Assembly: GCA_037147375.1 (NCBI GenBank) | Contig: JBAWVI010000023.1 | Coordinates: 1 to 10,757, forward strand | Length of the DNA stretch: 10,757 nucleotides | Direction: 5' to 3' | Origin: an archaeon | GTDB lineage: Archaea > Iainarchaeota > Iainarchaeia > Iainarchaeales > CSSED10-239 | Part shown: positions 7,674 to 10,757 of the stretch, in pieces | Numbering within the stretch: position 1 is the first letter of the stretch | How the letters are laid out: every line of letters begins with the position of its first letter | Position numbers and translations under genes: made by a program | The notes under the pieces: generated by a model | What the model was told of the DNA's origin: nothing | Seen by the model: the letters and a program-made list of their open reading frames with translations, nothing else | The model's database searches: none

Positions 7674-7711
7674 AAAATACACCTTTTTTTCTTTAATTAT
7701 AATATATTATA

Positions 7712-7755
7712 TTGATAATCTTTATATCATAAAATATATGTTGATATCATTTATA
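7712..7755 (-). promoter_or_regulatory. Candidate internal promoter region with two TTGATA-N3-TTTATA direct repeats
   Basis: This is a 104-nt AT-rich gap between two same-strand genes. The repeats ttgataatctttata (7712-7726) and ttgatatcatttata (7741-7755) match at 12 of 15 positions and start 29 nt apart. Each carries a TATA-box-like TTTATA/TATAAA element 50-80 nt upstream of the ATG at 7673. Confidence 0.35.
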
Positions 7756-7786
7756 AATATATCTATTTTTCATTTTTTCTTAAAAA

Positions 7787-8290
7787 TTACGTTCTATTTA
7801 TATCAGATTCGTTTGGATCGCTCCCTCTTATATAACTTACATAGTTCATGTCTGTTTCTCTTATCTCTATATAGTATGATGTTTTTATGTCTGAGTTAAT
7901 ATCTACTGAACAATTGCCTAAGGATATGTTATTTGGGTTAAGTGCTTTAGTTACTAAGACTGTTATTTGATTTGGTATATTTTTATCTGTTTGTCCAGTA
8001 TAGTTACTTACGTAAATGTTATCTCCTTGACTAATTATTGTACAAATACTAACCTCATAGTTGTGTGCTCTAATAAAATCATAAGCTTTAGAATTAAAAT
8101 TATCAAGAGTAGTTGCAGTTACATTTGAATCAACTAGATATTTAAGTTCATTCTTGTAATTATCACTTAATTTGTTTGAAGTATATTCCATAACTGGTTC
8201 TGGCCTGAATAAAAGAAAGAGAGCAGTTATAAATGAGATAATTATTACTACAATAACAACGTATGTAAATCCTTTCGTGTTTATTTTCAT
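7787..8290 (-). CDS. Prepilin-like protein with class III (type IV pilin-type) signal peptide
   Basis: The ORF track starts at GTG 8299. The ATG at 8290 forms an ATGA start/stop overlap with the upstream gene and is preceded by GGTG. From that ATG the N-terminus is MKINTKG|FTYVVIVVIIISFITALFLLF. That is a short basic leader, K-G at -2/-1 and a hydrophobic helix, which is the archaeal prepilin pattern. The Asn/Ser/Thr-rich body has 2 Cys. Confidence 0.7.
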   Translation of the reverse strand: MKINTKGFTYVVIVVIIISFITALFLLFRPEPVMEYTSNKLSDNYKNELKYLVDSNVTATTLDNFNSKAYDFIRAHNYEVSICTIISQGDNIYVSNYTGQTDKNIPNQITVLVTKALNPNNISLGNCSVDINSDIKTSYYIEIRETDMNYVSYIRGSDPNESDINRT

Positions 8291-8646
8291 TTTATCCACA
8301 CCATTATTGAGGTTGTTTTGTTTATATCAAATAAATAATAATTAATTGTTTTCTTAGTTGCACTTTCTTGCTCATTATAGGAATTACAATCAGAGGTTAT
8401 TCCATTACAAATTGAAACACTATAAGAAACATCCATATAATTGTATACTGAATCATATACATTGTATGCGTTTCCATCATTAACAAGTTCTCTAAAAGAT
8501 GGATCTTGTGCTTTTAGTTTAAGAATCTCGTACGTTCTTTCACTTATGTTTGTAGAAACTTGTTTTTCAGGAACATTTTGAATTAAGAAGAAAATAAATG
8601 TGAATAAGATTAAGATTGCAATTACAACTTCAAGTGATTTAATCAT
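8287..8646 (-). CDS. Small prepilin-like / N-terminally anchored exported protein (paralog of 7787-8290)
   Basis: The N-terminus is MIKS|LEVVIAILILFTFIFFLIQ, with a very short leader and K-S at -2/-1. It shares with the downstream gene the layout helix - PE - about 52 aa - Y-x-V-S-I-C. It has 2 Cys (C80, C87). Confidence 0.6.
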   Translation of the reverse strand: MIKSLEVVIAILILFTFIFFLIQNVPEKQVSTNISERTYEILKLKAQDPSFRELVNDGNAYNVYDSVYNYMDVSYSVSICNGITSDCNSYNEQESATKKTINYYLFDINKTTSIMVWIK

Positions 8647-8659
8647 AATTTATTCAAAT

Positions 8660-9646
8660 TTAATTTATCATTCCATCAATCATATTTTCTATGATTGAAA
8701 AGTATTTATCTTCATCCTCGTCTTCTGAAAGATATTCAGGAGGAATAGCATAATATGCAACCTTGTTTGAATTACTTGTAACAATTGCTGGGAATACATC
8801 TCCTCCACCAACGCTTGTGTTTGTGTCCTTAAATAATTTAGAACCATAATCAATCTTTAAAGGAACTGCATTATTTCCAATAACTTCAACTATTGCAAAA
8901 TTATCTCTTATTGGAAGAGTGCTTTTTAGAGCATAAACAAGTGGATGATCAGGAGAGGGAATTAGATTACCATTTGAGTAATCAGGATAACTTATAATTA
9001 TTGATTTATTATCATATTCATTTATCTTGTATGTTTTTTCCTTACAATCCTTAACGTTACAGAAAGTATCTACGTATGATACTCCAAGGAACTCATCAAA
9101 TCTTATCATATACCCTTCATTATCAAGTCTTGCCCATTTACCAACTATATTACCATCATAAGAACCATCAACATCTCCCACAGTTAAGTATTTATCAACT
9201 CTATCTTTTGTATCAACACCAGCATCTCCAATCCAAATAAGTCTACCGCCTTTAGATACATAGTTTTGAAACATAGTTAGGTTGTTTGTGGACATGCTTC
9301 TTGCTCTTTCAACTATTACAAGGCTAACTCCTTTTAGTTTTTCTGGGCTCATATAATTAATATTTTCTAGAGATGGATGAAGCCCTAAATGTTTTTTATC
9401 AGAAATAATATTATTTAATAAATAAGGGTTACCAAGTCCAGTTTGATCATTAGGATCATAAATAATTAATATACTTGGTTGTGTTCTTCCAGTAATTAGG
9501 GTTTGTGTACCCCAATAAATGTTGCACATGCCAGGAACTGATCTACATCTAAGGTTTCCAGTCCAGATCATTGCAAACAATAGTATGATCAATAATAGTA
9601 GAACAAATAAACTTCTTCTTACAATCTTTTTCTGCTTATCATCCAT
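8660..9646 (-). CDS. N-terminally anchored extracytoplasmic protein with class I glutamine-amidotransferase-like (ThuA/DUF4159/DUF4350-type) domain
   Basis: A GGGGA SD-like element lies 9 nt upstream of the ATG. The N-terminus is MDDKQKKIVRRS|LFVLLLLIILLFAMIW. The body shows the pattern typical of non-catalytic GATase1-like domains. This pattern is SILIIYDP (beta1), VSLVIVERA...MFQNYVSKGGRLIWIGDAG, PDHPLVYAL and FPAIVTSNSNKVAYYAIPPE. The C-terminal tail is acidic (SEDEDEDK). The fold-level call is from pattern memory only. Confidence 0.55.
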   Translation of the reverse strand: MDDKQKKIVRRSLFVLLLLIILLFAMIWTGNLRCRSVPGMCNIYWGTQTLITGRTQPSILIIYDPNDQTGLGNPYLLNNIISDKKHLGLHPSLENINYMSPEKLKGVSLVIVERARSMSTNNLTMFQNYVSKGGRLIWIGDAGVDTKDRVDKYLTVGDVDGSYDGNIVGKWARLDNEGYMIRFDEFLGVSYVDTFCNVKDCKEKTYKINEYDNKSIIISYPDYSNGNLIPSPDHPLVYALKSTLPIRDNFAIVEVIGNNAVPLKIDYGSKLFKDTNTSVGGGDVFPAIVTSNSNKVAYYAIPPEYLSEDEDEDKYFSIIENMIDGMIN

Positions 9647-9703
9647 TTTTTATCTTCCCCGATTTAAAAATAAGGTACTTTTCAATTAATATATAATATA
9701 GTA

Positions 9704-9730
9704 ACCTATTTAATAATTACCTATTAATAA
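9704..9730. repeat. Tandem ACCTATT(T)AATAA repeat in a divergent promoter region
   Basis: The copies acctatttaataa (9704-9716) and acctattaataa (9719-9730) lie between the divergently transcribed 8660-9646 gene and sec61-beta. They lie immediately upstream of, and abut, a TATA-like atatatataa (9731-9740). Confidence 0.3.
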
Positions 9731-9775
9731 ATATATATAAAGTTGAGGTAAATACTTAAAAAAGGTGTAATTAAT

Positions 9776-9943
9776 ATGAAATGGCAACATTCAAAGAATA
9801 CAACTCAAAGTCCTAGTTCATCAATTGGAATCATGAAATTCAATGAGACCATGAGTGGACCAAAACTAACTCCAGAAACTATAGTTGGTATAACAATTGC
9901 GTTTGCAGTATTAGTGATAATATTAAAGTTTACTGTTTTTTAA
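9776..9943 (+). CDS. secG: Preprotein translocase subunit Sec61-beta (archaeal SecG)
   Basis: This 55-aa ORF is not in the supplied track. Its translation is MKWQHSKNTTQSPSSSIGIMKFNETMSGPKLTPETIVGITIAFAVLVIILKFTVF. It matches the archaeal Sec61-beta pattern (remembered from M. jannaschii: [36 protein letters not shown]), including the tail-anchor TM helix. An AAAAAAGGTGTA SD lies 8 nt upstream of the ATG. Confidence 0.85.
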   Translation: MKWQHSKNTTQSPSSSIGIMKFNETMSGPKLTPETIVGITIAFAVLVIILKFTVF

Positions 9944-9957
9944 AAAGTATATTCATT

Positions 9958-9978
9958 TAGGAGATATTGTTTCTCCTA
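9958..9978 (+). terminator. 7-bp stem-loop 15 nt downstream of sec61-beta
   Basis: The sequence taggaga-tattgtt-tctccta forms a perfect 7-bp stem with a 7-nt loop. No strong T-tract follows, so terminator function is uncertain. Confidence 0.3.
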
Positions 9979-10049
9979 TGTTAGATGTTTATATCTCTTT
10001 CGTGAGGTAAGCTTGGTTAAGCATACTTTCAATAGATATTTAAAAATAG

Positions 10050-10397
10050 TTATTTATATTTAAATTTCTTATTATATTCGTTGTGATCTATTATATCTAA
10101 AATAAACGCAACTATTTCTATTTCATTTGAATCTGTTAATGTATATAACATCCTCCAGTATAAAGGAAGTTCAACTCTAAATAAATTAGAAATATTGTAT
10201 GTATCTATATAATCTTTAGGAAAAAGAGAATGAGGGACCTTAATACCATATTGTGGATTTTCTTTTATTAATTCTATTTTTTTAGTTATTGAATCTAAGA
10301 TTTGTTTTTCTTTTTTTGAATGAAGAGATTCTTTCTTTAGATAATTATATACTTCTTCTGCTTTTGGAGATAGTACAACAACTAATGTTTTTTTCAT
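10050..10397 (-). CDS. RelE/ParE/YoeB-superfamily toxin (type II toxin-antitoxin system)
   Basis: This is a 115-aa protein. The N-terminal helical hairpin is LSPKAEEVYNYLKKE...ILDSITKKIELIKENPQYG. The C-terminal sheet region is FRVELPLYWRMLYTLTDSNEIEIVAFILDIIDHNEY. Both fit the RelE/ParE pattern (..P..G ... YR.IY.. ... I..I.H...Y). There is a 4-nt ATGA overlap with the upstream small gene. Confidence 0.65.
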   Translation of the reverse strand: MKKTLVVVLSPKAEEVYNYLKKESLHSKKEKQILDSITKKIELIKENPQYGIKVPHSLFPKDYIDTYNISNLFRVELPLYWRMLYTLTDSNEIEIVAFILDIIDHNEYNKKFKYK

Positions 10398-10678
10398 AGT
10401 CTAGTTCCTTTCTTAATATCTTCTTGAAGTTTTGTGTTTGTGTTGTATACCCAAGTTATTCCTTTAAGGCCAACATAGATTTTATTACTATTTTCTAAAT
10501 ATTCAAGTATATGCATTAAGGTATTATGGTTTACTTGCTTTGGTAGTTCTTTTTTAATTGCTGATACCTTAAACACACTATCATTCATGTTCTTTAAAGT
10601 ATTTTCAACCATGATTACTGTATTTAATGTTGGAGAATATTTAGGTTCCACTTTCTTAACACCTTTCTTTTTATTCAT
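10394..10678 (-). CDS. Putative antitoxin / winged-helix DNA-binding protein
   Basis: This 94-aa ORF is translationally coupled (ATGA overlap) to the RelE-like gene. It has a basic N-terminus (MNKKKGVKKV) and a winged-helix-like core (VSAIKKELPKQVNHNTLMHILEYLENSNKIYVGLKGITWVY). An AAAAGGTGTGATTT SD precedes the ATG. The role is inferred mainly from position. Confidence 0.5.
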   Translation of the reverse strand: MNKKKGVKKVEPKYSPTLNTVIMVENTLKNMNDSVFKVSAIKKELPKQVNHNTLMHILEYLENSNKIYVGLKGITWVYNTNTKLQEDIKKGTRL

Positions 10679-10690
10679 AAATCACACCTT

Positions 10691-10734
10691 TTAGTTACTA
10701 ACTAATAACTATTAGGTATGAAATAATATATAAA
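10691..10734 (-). promoter_or_regulatory. TA-operon promoter: consensus TATA box plus two overlapping palindromic operator-like sites
   Basis: On the minus strand, TTTATATA lies at 10734-10727. About 25-30 nt downstream are the palindromes TTAGTTA-c-TAACTAA (10691-10705) and CTAATA-ac-TATTAG (10702-10715). They sit over the expected transcription start, immediately upstream of the SD. Confidence 0.4.
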
Positions 10735-10757
10735 TGTTATTATTTAACTTATTTTCT

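Noticed and set aside
7674-8299. Non-ATG starts used by the ORF track (GTG 7682, GTG 8299; also TTG 2711)
   Set aside because: In each case an ATG lies 1-3 codons downstream with better signals. ATG 7673 follows a GGTG SD that would include the GTG itself. ATG 8290 forms an ATGA stop/start overlap preceded by GGTG. ATG 2714 is adjacent to the TTG. The longer forms cannot be strictly excluded without N-terminal proteomics.
5061-9646. Interpretation of the locus as an archaellum (fla) operon
   Set aside because: There is no archaellin (FlaB/FlaA)-like gene of typical size and N-terminus, and no FlaH (KaiC-like), FlaJ or FlaC/D/E genes. Only the ATPase family is shared, so a pilus-like or novel filament system is the more conservative description.
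10007-10026. Hairpin gtaagctt-ggtt-aagcatac as a terminator for the RelE-like gene or as a tRNA fragment
   Set aside because: No T-tract follows it on either strand. The stem has a mismatch, and the surrounding sequence cannot form a cloverleaf. The evidence is too weak to annotate as a feature.
1-10757. Scan for rRNA, tRNA, CRISPR repeats, transposase/integrase genes and long direct or inverted repeats
   Set aside because: There are no GC-rich islands typical of structured RNA genes in an AT-rich genome. There are no regularly spaced repeats of 24-40 nt, and no ORF with DDE, tyrosine-recombinase or serine-recombinase motifs. Only the short promoter-proximal repeats and hairpins listed above were seen.

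Overview
This is an AT-rich (by eye about 30% GC), densely coding archaeal fragment. The Lys/Ile/Asn-rich proteins, GGTG/GTGAT-type Shine-Dalgarno sites and gene content suggest a small-genome, possibly DPANN-type archaeon (inference). All homology calls come from reading the translations; no searches were run. The left end (3-1153, + strand) carries the conserved secE - spt5(nusG) - rpl11 cluster. It ends at an oligo-T terminator and does not continue into rpl1/rpl10/rpl12. A tightly packed + strand cluster follows (1286-5026): a CARDB-like surface protein, a type-2 methionine aminopeptidase, a polytopic membrane protein and a type-I anchored surface glycoprotein. Convergent with it is a five-gene minus-strand locus (9646 down to 5061). 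It encodes a 328-aa N-terminally anchored protein with a class I glutamine-amidotransferase-like (ThuA/DUF4159-type) extracytoplasmic domain and two small paralogous prepilin-like proteins. After an AT-rich internal promoter region come a small coiled-coil protein and a FlaI/PilB-family secretion ATPase with an N-terminal extension of about 250 aa. This type IV pilus-like locus is the best candidate for an undescribed system. It has no adjacent FlaJ/TadC platform gene, no peptidase gene and no recognisable major pilin or archaellin. The right end holds a 55-aa Sec61-beta gene that is missing from the ORF track (9776-9943). It also holds a RelE/ParE-like toxin and winged-helix antitoxin pair (10050-10678, minus) with palindromic operator-like sites over its promoter. 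I found no rRNA, tRNA, CRISPR array, transposase or integrase.
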